In this document: positions 38,646 through 47,605 of the stretch, piece by piece | Layout of the letters: each line of letters opens with the position of its first letter | How positions within the stretch are numbered: position 1 is the stretch's first letter | NCBI GenBank assembly: GCA_963768055.1 | Contig: CAVYGN010000001.1 | Span: 480,001-544,000, forward strand | Origin: an uncultured Spirochaetota bacterium | Lineage (GTDB): Bacteria; Spirochaetota; Brevinematia; Brevinematales; JAOACQ01 | DNA: 64,000 nt | Reading direction: 5' to 3' | Made by a program: the position numbers and the translations under genes | The notes under the pieces: model-generated | Told to the model about the DNA's origin: nothing | What the model saw: the letters and a program-made list of their open reading frames with translations, nothing else | Databases searched by the model: none

Positions 38646-40134
38646 CTTTGGTACCGATGCTTACTATCGGGATATCATGATATGAATCATAGAAACGCGT
38701 TAATTCTTCATTAGTAATATAACTTCCCAGAGTTGATGATATTATAATCATCCCGTCAATTGATTCCGGATCCGCCAGATCAAATACTGCATTTTTTTTG
38801 GTCTGAGAATATTGCGGTGCGTTAATCGCCCCCCCGCTGAAAATAATCAACCTGATGCCATTTTCGACGGCTAATTTCTGAATTCCCGTGAAAATAACTG
38901 ATTCATAGCCGGAGTAAAAACTATCTATGAAGATCCCGATAGTAAAACGGGAGCCTTGATTTCTCCGGGACAAATATTTTAATCTGTACTGCTGGGGAGA
39001 CATATTCGTATAATTCTTGAATGTTTTAATGAATGCGGACTTGGATTCAAAACCCACTTTCGAGTAAATCGAGAGACTGCTTCCGAATTCGTCACTGATT
39101 GATTCGAAAAGCATTTTTTTTGCCGCATCAATTCTGTACCCGTTTATAAAATCATAAAAATTTTTATTGATATATTTATTGAGGACATTTGTCAGTTCCA
39201 TAAGAGGAATATTCAATTGTTTTGAAAGATCAAGGAATGAGAGATTCGGATCAAGGAAAGGTTTTTTCCTGGCCAGGTAACCAAGCAGTTTGACAAGCGT
39301 TCCCTCGTCATTAACTTCCTTATCATTGTTTTTTTTCATTATTTTCGGATTAATTGTATTTGCCACAAAAAATATTTCCGGCTGGGCCCATGCGTTAAAT
39401 CCGATAAGAAATATAGCGAAATAAACGGATAGGGGAAGAAGGTTGCCAATTATATGAAAATTTAAACCGGTAGGGATCAGGATAAAGACAGGGAACATTG
39501 TGAAACAGATTAATCCGAAAACAATAACAAAATGCTTGATCCAGGATAAACTGATCTTATCAATTGAAGAAAATGTCTCTTTAATCTTTTTTTCATGATG
39601 TTTTATTAATATGAGGACTTTGATTAAATAGAAAGTAACCTGCACCATAACAATTGGTAAAAAATAACTAGTAAACGACTGCTTTGTGTTGTAATTGAGG
39701 TAACCATAAACATCCTGTATTTTCGCTTTCCCGCTTTGAAGAAATAGAGGAAGAAGATAGAAACACATGAAAACAAATGGAACCAGATGGATTAACTCTT
39801 TTGGTTTTAATTTAATGCTGGAAGGCTGTGTTAATACTTTTACATAGAAATAGACCAGAGGCCCTAAAAGGAAAATAAAAACCCTGTCTAAATAAATAAG
39901 ATGCGGTAAGTAAAAATATAAATTCGTATTAAACAAAACTACAAACTGAGAGCCCAGTATACAATCGAAAATAAATAACGATAAAATAAAGTTGGCTTTC
40001 CGGTTCCCGCTGCTTTTTATGATAAGTATTACCGCCAGGATCAAGCTGTTAAATATTCCATCCAGATTTATTATGGAAATTAAATCAAATTTAAGCGTCA
40101 TTTTATTACCTATAAGCCGGGATAAAGTCAACAA
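38614..40134 (-). CDS. N-terminal part of a frameshifted regulator: multi-TM sensor, AraC HTH and first third of a LacI-type domain
   Basis: ~7 hydrophobic segments (GPLVYFYV, LIHLVPF), NFYDFINGYRI..VGFESKSAF..SPQQYR, then TIGIFID...IPIVSIGTK before the frame change. Confidence 0.85.
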   Translation of the reverse strand: MLTLSRLIGNKMTLKFDLISIINLDGIFNSLILAVILIIKSSGNRKANFILSLFIFDCILGSQFVVLFNTNLYFYLPHLIYLDRVFIFLLGPLVYFYVKVLTQPSSIKLKPKELIHLVPFVFMCFYLLPLFLQSGKAKIQDVYGYLNYNTKQSFTSYFLPIVMVQVTFYLIKVLILIKHHEKKIKETFSSIDKISLSWIKHFVIVFGLICFTMFPVFILIPTGLNFHIIGNLLPLSVYFAIFLIGFNAWAQPEIFFVANTINPKIMKKNNDKEVNDEGTLVKLLGYLARKKPFLDPNLSFLDLSKQLNIPLMELTNVLNKYINKNFYDFINGYRIDAAKKMLFESISDEFGSSLSIYSKVGFESKSAFIKTFKNYTNMSPQQYRLKYLSRRNQGSRFTIGIFIDSFYSGYESVIFTGIQKLAVENGIRLIIFSGGAINAPQYSQTKKNAVFDLADPESIDGMIIISSTLGSYITNEELTRFYDSYHDIPIVSIGTKGERISQRYCR

Positions 40135-40226
40135 GCATATGCGAATCGAACCTTGTGAGGAATCGATATTATTATATTATAAATTAAGAGGAAAAACAAT
40201 ATTTCAAAATCAAAATGAAAACAACC

Positions 40227-40311
40227 GGAAGTCTTTGCCTATAGGCGCGCACTTTCTTTTTTTATCAAATATCCGGGATAGTATAATCCTGTCGGTGCGG
40301 TCGACGGAAAT
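40227..40311 (+). promoter_or_regulatory. bipartite palindromic element, copy B, with TATAAT
   Basis: GGAAGTCTTTGCCTATAGGCGCGCACTTTC...GTATAATCCTGTCGGTGCGGTCGACGGAAAT; near-identical to 43127-43212. Confidence 0.8.
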
Positions 40312-40377
40312 CCCGGGAAAAGATAAGATGATGGGATCAAAATAATATCATTCCATAATAAACTCGGAGGTAAGAAA

Positions 40378-41646
40378 ACGGTTAACTTTATAAAGATTAA
40401 AGATACTTTTTGCGTCCTGCCATGGGTGCATTTATTTATCCACAATACCGGAGAACTGAAAGCCTGCCTGGTTTCACAACTATCTTTAGTTAAGGATGAT
40501 AATTCAAGGGAATTTAATGTATCCGATATCGATGACCTGAACGCTATTATGAATTCGAAAATCCTTAAAAAAATCAGGCTCAATATGCTCAAAGGAATAT
40601 GGAATAATACATGCAACAGATGCATGGAACCCGAAAAAGCCGGCGGGTGCATGGAAAGGATCTGGTTTAATAATTTTTTTAAAAATGATATTCTTCGTCT
40701 TTTAAACAATACAAGGGAAGATGGATCGATCGACCCTAAGATATTATTTCTGGATATCAGATTGGGAAACACTTGTAATTTAAGCTGCAAGATGTGTTTT
40801 CCCTATACCAGTAAGAATGTTTTAAAGGATATTGAGAAGATATACCCTGAAAAAAAAGGATATATAAGCCGTTTTAAAGAAATAAAGTGGTTAAAAGACC
40901 CTGTTATCTGGAAGAAGATTTATGGATTAATACCGCATTTAAAGTATGTTTCCCTTGCCGGAGGGGAACCCATGATTATTCCTGAAGCGGCAAATTTTCT
41001 TGAAAAATGTATTACAATGGGCTATTCCCATAATATTGTTGTAAGATATTCCACCAATGTTACAGTGATACGTGAGGGCATAGAAAAGTTGTGGCGGGAA
41101 TTTTCAAAGATAAGGCTGGTATGCAGTATAGATGGATATAATGAAATGAATAATTATGTCCGTTATCCGTCTAATTGGGAGGCGATAAATTCCAACTTGA
41201 AGAAATATGAACGTTATCATAAAGAATATAACCTGGAACTTGTGCAAATAAATACATGCGTTCATGTTATTAATGTTTTTTATCTTAGTGAACTTTATGA
41301 ATATTTAACTTCATGCGAATTTGATTTTATCAGTCCGGCTCCGATGCTTTCCGCGGTGGATAATCCCGAATATCTTAGCTGTAAAATTTTACCCCTGAAA
41401 ATGAAAGAAGAAGTAAAAAATTACCTGATTCAGACAAGGGAAAAATATCGAAATAAAATACCCGGACAATATCTGCAAAATTTAAATTATTTCGATTACA
41501 TTATTGATAATATGTATCTGGAACAAAGAGAAGATTTATTGCCGGTTTTCATTGATTTGAATGATAGATTTGATAAATTGAGGAACCAGGATATTCTTAA
41601 AATAGCCCCGAGATTAAAAGAACTTATGGATAAAAAAAATGGATAA
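40378..41646 (+). CDS. radical SAM enzyme with an N-terminal twitch-like Cys domain
   Basis: FCVLPWVH (upstream of the track start at 40426), CNRC, GNTCNLSCKMC, AGGEP, SIDG; SD GGAGGT followed by an in-frame ACG at 40378. Confidence 0.88.
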   Translation, partial: TVNFIKIKDTFCVLPWVHLFIHNTGELKACLVSQLSLVKDDNSREFNVSDIDDLNAIMNSKILKKIRLNMLKGIWNNTCNRCMEPEKAGGCMERIWFNNFFKNDILRLLNNTREDGSIDPKILFLDIRLGNTCNLSCKMCFPYTSKNVLKDIEKIYPEKKGYISRFKEIKWLKDPVIWKKIYGLIPHLKYVSLAGGEPMIIPEAANFLEKCITMGYSHNIVVRYSTNVTVIREGIEKLWREFSKIRLVCSIDGYNEMNNYVRYPSNWEAINSNLKKYERYHKEYNLELVQINTCVHVINVFYLSELYEYLTSCEFDFISPAPMLSAVDNPEYLSCKILPLKMKEEVKNYLIQTREKYRNKIPGQYLQNLNYFDYIIDNMYLEQREDLLPVFIDLNDRFDKLRNQDILKIAPRLKELMDKKNG

Positions 41647-43084
41647 GAATTTAATTCGATTAGAACATAGCGGGTCTTTTCATAACAAAATATTTATGGT
41701 TAATTGGAATATGACAAATATCTGCAACTTTTCATGCCCCTATTGCAATATTCATGATGGCTCAAGAAAATGGCCGGATTATAAAACGGTTATCAGTTTT
41801 ATTGATAAGATTTGCGCCTATTATATGCGTGAAAAGAAAACGATCTATTTCCAATTAACCGGCGGTGAAATCACTCTTAACCGGGACTTGTTTAAAATAG
41901 CCGATTATTTACATCAAAAGGGATGCTGGGTCGGTTTAATTTCAAATGGCAGCCAGAGTAAAGAATACTGGGAAAAGTTAAAAGACGGGCTCGATTTTAT
42001 TTATCTTTCCTTCCATCCGCAATTTATGAAGAAAGAACATTTTATTAATGTCGTCGAGCTGCTTCATAATGAAGTAACGACGCATGTGAATATAATGATG
42101 GAGTCGAATTCATTTGAAATATGTAAAGATGTCGGCAGGGAAATCAGCGAAAGAATAAATAATATTTCAATGTCTTATCAGCCTCTGGTTAAAGCCCTTG
42201 GAAGTGATTATACATTATTTGACTACACAAGGGAACAACTGGATGAAATTATGAGATTGGAAAAACAAAAGCATATTGCATGTTCCAGGAAAATGAAGAC
42301 TATTCGTGGAACAATGAAAGAAATTTATAATGATGGATTTGAAAATGAAATCAACCAGCCGGAATTACTGGCTGCCGGGAAAAACAATTGGATTGGATGG
42401 AATTGCTGGGCCGGTTTAGAAAGCATTGGAATTAAACAAGAAATAATTTACAGGTCTGTCTGCTGCAGGCAGGATGAAATCGGGAACATAAGAGATGAAA
42501 ATATATCATTCCCATGCGGTCCCGTCGTTTGCAGGACTAATAATTGTACAGACTTTACAACGACAAAAAGAATAAATTTAAAAAACATCTATTATTTCGA
42601 GAATGAAGAAATGAGAAAATTCAAATTGAATTTCCTGGAATTGGATTGGACGGCCGCTTCCGATAGTGTTGAAGGCGGGAAAAGCATTGCAAAAATAACA
42701 GAAGTATCTGGAAAAGGATTGAAAGGGAAATTGATAGTCCGGTTAAGTCAGCTAGGATATTATTATTCTATCATATCCTTCCCATGGAATTTCCAAATTG
42801 ATTTTATCGTTAAAGGGCTGCTGATAAAAATGAATCTGACCAAAGCTAAAATTTTAACTATTCAATGTCCGATTTATTCGGTTAATGATTACGATCATTA
42901 TCAGACACAGATAATCGGTGAGGGTGAACAGGAATATGTAATCGATTTTAATAACCTCCGCCAGCAAGGCTTTGGTGTCAGGACCGAATGGAATGCAACC
43001 GGAATAAAAGAGATCCAATTTATTAATGAGTATTATAAAAATGAAATTGATATTGAGATAAAGGAGATCTATCTATTGTATTAA
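41639..43084 (+). CDS. radical SAM enzyme with a C-terminal CIA30/CBM-like domain
   Basis: NICNFSCPYC, TGGEIT, ISNG, SFHP, GWNCWAG; C-terminal WTAASD..GGKS...DYD.Y...F..LRQQGFG. Confidence 0.85.
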   Translation: MDKNLIRLEHSGSFHNKIFMVNWNMTNICNFSCPYCNIHDGSRKWPDYKTVISFIDKICAYYMREKKTIYFQLTGGEITLNRDLFKIADYLHQKGCWVGLISNGSQSKEYWEKLKDGLDFIYLSFHPQFMKKEHFINVVELLHNEVTTHVNIMMESNSFEICKDVGREISERINNISMSYQPLVKALGSDYTLFDYTREQLDEIMRLEKQKHIACSRKMKTIRGTMKEIYNDGFENEINQPELLAAGKNNWIGWNCWAGLESIGIKQEIIYRSVCCRQDEIGNIRDENISFPCGPVVCRTNNCTDFTTTKRINLKNIYYFENEEMRKFKLNFLELDWTAASDSVEGGKSIAKITEVSGKGLKGKLIVRLSQLGYYYSIISFPWNFQIDFIVKGLLIKMNLTKAKILTIQCPIYSVNDYDHYQTQIIGEGEQEYVIDFNNLRQQGFGVRTEWNATGIKEIQFINEYYKNEIDIEIKEIYLLY

Positions 43085-43126
43085 TGAAACCGAACTTTCA
43101 TTTCGGGAATAATAATAAAAACGACA

Positions 43127-43212
43127 GGAAGTCTTTGCCGATAGGCGCGGACTTCCTTTTTTTATTCAAATATCAGGAAAGGTGTAATCCTGTCGGTGCG
43201 GTCGACGGAAAT
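43127..43212 (+). promoter_or_regulatory. bipartite palindromic element, copy C
   Basis: GGAAGTCTTTGCCGATAGGCGCGGACTTCC(T)7...GTGTAATCCTGTCGGTGCGGTCGACGGAAAT. Confidence 0.8.
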
Positions 43213-43297
43213 ATTTGGAAAAGATAAACTTAGGTATAAAAAATCATTGTGTGTAAAAAAGTTTATTTATTCAAATTTTACTTTATGGAGGAATGTT

Positions 43298-43564
43298 ATG
43301 GAAAGAAGTTTTGCGATCATGGAAAAAGTTAAAAAGTTATTAGGTGAAGTCGTCGGTAAACCCTCACTTCCCGCTACATTAACCGGCTTGACGGATATTA
43401 TAGCGGATATAGGGCTGAATTCAGTTCAAATGATAAACTTTGTCCTTGTACTGGAAGATGAATTCGCGTTTGAAATAAATTTTGAAAAACTGGATTACTC
43501 AATATTTGAAAGCATCGACACTTTATGCGAATTCATAGGTAACAGTACCGCCAAGGAACAATAA
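43298..43564 (+). CDS. acyl/aminoacyl carrier protein (BtrI-like)
   Basis: 88 aa after GGAGG; IGLNSVQMINFVLVLEDEF (Ser attachment site in an NS variant). Confidence 0.85.
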   Translation: MERSFAIMEKVKKLLGEVVGKPSLPATLTGLTDIIADIGLNSVQMINFVLVLEDEFAFEINFEKLDYSIFESIDTLCEFIGNSTAKEQ

Positions 43565-43604
43565 TCATATCTCACCGGTGTTGATCGGTGTTAAGGAATG
43601 AATA

Positions 43605-44588
43605 ATGAATAAAGGCAAGTTACCATTACATTATGCTCATGAGAATATCAAGCATGCGAATATGCTGGTGGTGGGCTGGCAATACGGCGACAATTGCAAC
43701 CTTAAATGCTCCTATTGTCCGTTATGTTTGCACAGCGGATCAACCAAATGGCTGGAGCTGTCGGTTTCAAAGAAATTTATCGATAAAATTATATCCTATT
43801 ATAAAGACCGCCTGGGTAAAGACATCTATTTTGATTTTTCAGGCGGTGAAATCACCCTGTATCAGGAATTGATCGAATTGGTAAATTATATAAAAGCGAG
43901 GGGATGTTATTCGGGTATTTGCACAAATGGTAAAAGAAGCATCGACTATTGGGAAAAAACAGCCCCTTACCTGGATCACATAAATCTCAGCTATCATCCC
44001 GGATTCAAGTATAAAGATTTATTTTTCCGGGTTGTTCAATATCTTCAAGATAAGGTTTCCTGCCACATTAATATTATGATGCACCCTGATTATTTCGATG
44101 AATGTGAAGAATTGGGGCTGAAAATATCGAATTCAATCCGCAACGCGTCGATCAGCTTTCAGGCTCTGTATATATTGCTCGGCGTCCCGTCTTTAATGAG
44201 TTACTCAAATGATCAATTATCGAGTCTCAAAAAACTGAACAAAGAAACCAGAATATTTTGGGATAAGGAGCCCTTTACATACAGGGGAAGAATGAAAAAG
44301 ACATATATCGATCATACGTCTGACACAATAACGCAGCCCGACATAATAATTAATGAAGAAAACCACTGGAAGTCATGGAAATGCTGGGGCGGGCTGGAAC
44401 AGATTGTAATAAACAAGAAGGAAGAGGTTTTCAGAGCATGGTGCGAGCAGGATAAAATCGGTAAAATCAGGGATGCCGACCTGATATTCCCGGGAAACCC
44501 CGTAATCTGCAAAAAAGACACATGTTCATGCGGTTTTGACGTACTCTGCACTAAAAGTAATATGTCTTCTGGATCAGGTATTTTATGA
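43605..44588 (+). CDS. radical SAM enzyme, paralogue of 41639..43084
   Basis: CNLKCSYC, SGGEIT, CTNG, SYHP, WKCWGG, C-terminal CKKDTCSCGFD. Confidence 0.9.
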   Translation: MNKGKLPLHYAHENIKHANMLVVGWQYGDNCNLKCSYCPLCLHSGSTKWLELSVSKKFIDKIISYYKDRLGKDIYFDFSGGEITLYQELIELVNYIKARGCYSGICTNGKRSIDYWEKTAPYLDHINLSYHPGFKYKDLFFRVVQYLQDKVSCHINIMMHPDYFDECEELGLKISNSIRNASISFQALYILLGVPSLMSYSNDQLSSLKKLNKETRIFWDKEPFTYRGRMKKTYIDHTSDTITQPDIIINEENHWKSWKCWGGLEQIVINKKEEVFRAWCEQDKIGKIRDADLIFPGNPVICKKDTCSCGFDVLCTKSNMSSGSGIL

Positions 44589-45937
44589 ATGGAAAAACAG
44601 TTGTCATGGGTATGTTTGACTCTGAAAAATTCTGGAGAGATGAGAAATCAACCAAGCTGCCTGAAATCATTGACAACTCATCAAATAATATCGTATCAAC
44701 AATGGATGAATTGTTATTTCCACTATGCGGAAAAGAGGACCTTCTCTTAACCAGGTACAGGTTTCAACCTGAATTAAAAAGTTATCTGGACAGTATTGGT
44801 ATTTCATTTAACAGCAATGAAAAGGATCTTCTGGATGTGAATAAAGAGGCGGCCGATTCTAAAGATAAATGCGTTTTTGAGCTTTTAAACAGTCAGAGGC
44901 AAAATTGTTATTTCAAGAATTTACTTAAAGGTTTTTCCACAATAAACACCTATGCCATTCTCCCAAATACCGCGTCAGCATACAAAAATTGGGGTTTGGG
45001 TGAAATTAAGCCGGCGTATGAAATTGTTAAAAAAGTAAACTCAAAAATTTACTCGCATGAGGTTTGTGAACGTATCGGTATAAAAAATTATGGAATGATC
45101 ATAAATAAAAGCAATGAACTCGAAAAGGCAGCTGTAAGATATGGAAACGGACGGGGATTTTTGATAAAAGACCCATATGGTGTCTCCGGAAAAGGAAACT
45201 TATTAATAAGCTCGCGAAAGATGCTCGGAATTATAGAAAAATATTTGGCCTTCCAGGAAGGAAAAGGGTTATCAACCCGGTTCCTGGTTGAACCGTATCA
45301 TGATAAGGTTCATGACTTTTCCTGCCAGATAATAATCGGCCAAAATGGGAAACATGAGGTTTTATCGGTACAGGACATTTATAATCAGTATTTTTCCTAT
45401 TCCGGTTCAATGAGCGCTGATCGGGAATTTATAGATTTCCTGGATGATAATAATTATTTCAATATTATAAGAAAGACAGCCGGAGAATTAGCCGGAGAAG
45501 GCTATATAGGAAATGTTTGTATTGATTCCATGATTTTACAGAACGGCGAGATTGTGCCAATAGTTGAAATTAATGCCAGGAAATCAATGGGATTGATTAA
45601 TTATTACCTTGACAAGTTCCTCGCCCCTTTTTCAGCAAAAAGTTATTTATCATTCTTCTCTGCCGGTTATAAAAACGATATTAAATTTGATGAAATCCTG
45701 AGTAAGTTCAGGGTAAGCGGTTTATTATTTTGCCCTGAAAAAGGATCCGGCCTTATACCATTATCCTGTAATACTTTGTTTATTAACCGGAATAGAGGGC
45801 AAACATCAGGCAGAGGTTCGTTGTATATGGGAAAATTTTATTTTTCAGCTGCGGCGAACCTGCCCGCAGAAAGACAAAACATAACCGGCGATGCTGATAA
45901 GATTTTAAAATCGCTGAATCTTTCAATATATAATTGA
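44585..45937 (+). CDS. ATP-grasp ligase (BtrJ-like, pre-ATP-grasp plus ATP-grasp)
   Basis: VNSKIYS, IKDPYGVSGKG, LVEPY, CIDSM, PIVEINAR. Confidence 0.85.
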   Translation: MNGKTVVMGMFDSEKFWRDEKSTKLPEIIDNSSNNIVSTMDELLFPLCGKEDLLLTRYRFQPELKSYLDSIGISFNSNEKDLLDVNKEAADSKDKCVFELLNSQRQNCYFKNLLKGFSTINTYAILPNTASAYKNWGLGEIKPAYEIVKKVNSKIYSHEVCERIGIKNYGMIINKSNELEKAAVRYGNGRGFLIKDPYGVSGKGNLLISSRKMLGIIEKYLAFQEGKGLSTRFLVEPYHDKVHDFSCQIIIGQNGKHEVLSVQDIYNQYFSYSGSMSADREFIDFLDDNNYFNIIRKTAGELAGEGYIGNVCIDSMILQNGEIVPIVEINARKSMGLINYYLDKFLAPFSAKSYLSFFSAGYKNDIKFDEILSKFRVSGLLFCPEKGSGLIPLSCNTLFINRNRGQTSGRGSLYMGKFYFSAAANLPAERQNITGDADKILKSLNLSIYN

Positions 45938-45948
45938 TGAGGAAACCG

Positions 45949-47589
45949 ATGGAAAACAGATGTGATTTCGATCCGCGCAGGATTAATTTCTGGAATGATA
46001 CTTATAATCTTATTAAGCATTTAAATTATAAAGTATATGTCAATTTCGATTGGTCGACATTCAAGGATAGAAAATTCCCCTTCATAGGCGCCGTGCATAT
46101 AGACAATCTGGCTATGCTGAAAAAGAGCCTTTTGGATAACCAAATCATTATAACGAATATCCAGACACCTCATTATAGGGGGATTTATTTTGAACCCTCC
46201 CCGGAATGTCCCGGGTTGATTATCGCCCCTATGAAGGAGACGGACACATTTAAACAGGATCTCCGAGAACTCAGGTTTTTTGGAAAAGAGCATAATATTG
46301 TAAATTTGAATTTTATGGATGATTTATCAGGCGGGCTTCTATTGAAAAATATCGAGTACATAGTAATCAGTATGGCCGGATTTTACCATAAGGATTTTAT
46401 TGAATTGCAGACAGCAAATACCTCTTTCAAACCTTTTAAAACCGCTTTCTGGTGCGACATCTATTCTTTGATGAAGCAAAAATCACTTGCAGCATATATA
46501 GATTTTGACTGGAAGACATTTGAAAACAGGAAGTTTATAATTATTGGAGCAGTAAAAAATGAAAATTTCGAACATGTAAAAAATAGTTTGACTGATCAAA
46601 AATTTAAAACTGAGCGTATCGAGACTTTTCATTATATTATCCTTTATTTCGAGTTTACCGCGGATTTATTCGGAATATTTATTACCCCCAAGAATGAAAT
46701 GATGGCTATGGATCAGAGTATTATCAATTCAGACCTTGAATTTATCACACTCTCGGAATTAAAAGAAGCCGGCAGAAAAAACGGTATTGAAAATCTGGCA
46801 TCTGTCGATTTGCTATCATGTACACTGATAAAAGGATTATATGAATTGATGATGCGGGAAATTCATGAAATCACTGCCAATAAAATGAGGCTCATTTCAT
46901 ATAAAAACAGCCATATGGAATACATAAAAAATTATCTGGATTATAAAAATAGAAATATTCTCGATCATGAAATACAGGATTACCATATTAAGAAGTTCAG
47001 CGGTCTGTATTACCTCGAAATAAAAATAATTTCGGAATTACTGGAAGACCCTGACATTTCCATACATGATGCCGGTACCAATGTCGCTCACTTTCCACTG
47101 TTATTAAGCGCCTTGTCCGGGGAAGAATTGTTCGGGCTGAATATATCTCAAATTATAGCATCGGATAACATATGGACGGGTGAAATGCCTATTTATGATA
47201 TTTTAAAGGACAATCCGGGGTATAAACAGATACATTTTATAAAACTTGATTTAATCAAAGAAATTCAAAACTCTCCCGGAACAGATGTAATAATTGCCAA
47301 TGATGTTTTAGAACACCTCCCTGACGATGAAACATCTTTTAAGGTATTAAAGGGGCTCTGGAATAAAACCGGAAAGCTTCTGATTGTCCATGTGCCTTTT
47401 GAAAACATACCCAACCCTCAATGGGGGCATTGCATCACTTTTAATGAAGAAAAAATAAAAAATTGGGCAAACCGGCTGCCGGGCGGCAAGTCCCTTCCGC
47501 AACACTTATATGAGGATGAAATGCGGTATTTTATCGGAGGAGGCTTTTTAGTCGTTTCCAGAGAGGATGAACAAACCACCCTTGAATAA
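45949..47589 (+). CDS. protein with 2 copies of a ~155-aa unit and a C-terminal class I SAM-methyltransferase-like domain
   Basis: FW..Y.L.K...DW.TF..RKF unit x2; IHDAGTN, IIASD, DVIIANDVLEHL. Confidence 0.7.
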   Translation: MENRCDFDPRRINFWNDTYNLIKHLNYKVYVNFDWSTFKDRKFPFIGAVHIDNLAMLKKSLLDNQIIITNIQTPHYRGIYFEPSPECPGLIIAPMKETDTFKQDLRELRFFGKEHNIVNLNFMDDLSGGLLLKNIEYIVISMAGFYHKDFIELQTANTSFKPFKTAFWCDIYSLMKQKSLAAYIDFDWKTFENRKFIIIGAVKNENFEHVKNSLTDQKFKTERIETFHYIILYFEFTADLFGIFITPKNEMMAMDQSIINSDLEFITLSELKEAGRKNGIENLASVDLLSCTLIKGLYELMMREIHEITANKMRLISYKNSHMEYIKNYLDYKNRNILDHEIQDYHIKKFSGLYYLEIKIISELLEDPDISIHDAGTNVAHFPLLLSALSGEELFGLNISQIIASDNIWTGEMPIYDILKDNPGYKQIHFIKLDLIKEIQNSPGTDVIIANDVLEHLPDDETSFKVLKGLWNKTGKLLIVHVPFENIPNPQWGHCITFNEEKIKNWANRLPGGKSLPQHLYEDEMRYFIGGGFLVVSREDEQTTLE

Positions 47590-47605
47590 AAAGGAAGTAT
47601 GAGAG

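Noticed and set aside
40239..40790. 183-aa minus-strand ORF, and the repeated antisense ORFs at 59586, 61078 and 62825
   Set aside because: Antisense shadows of radical SAM genes; their recurrence just mirrors the gene triplication
33071..43212. CRISPR array or IS ends as the explanation for the repeated palindromic element
   Set aside because: Copies are kilobases apart, with no spacers, cas genes or transposase; each lies upstream of a gene start
43196..43297. 34-aa N-terminal extension of the ACP, or a leader/precursor peptide
   Set aside because: The GTG lies inside the regulatory element; a clear GGAGG precedes ATG 43298
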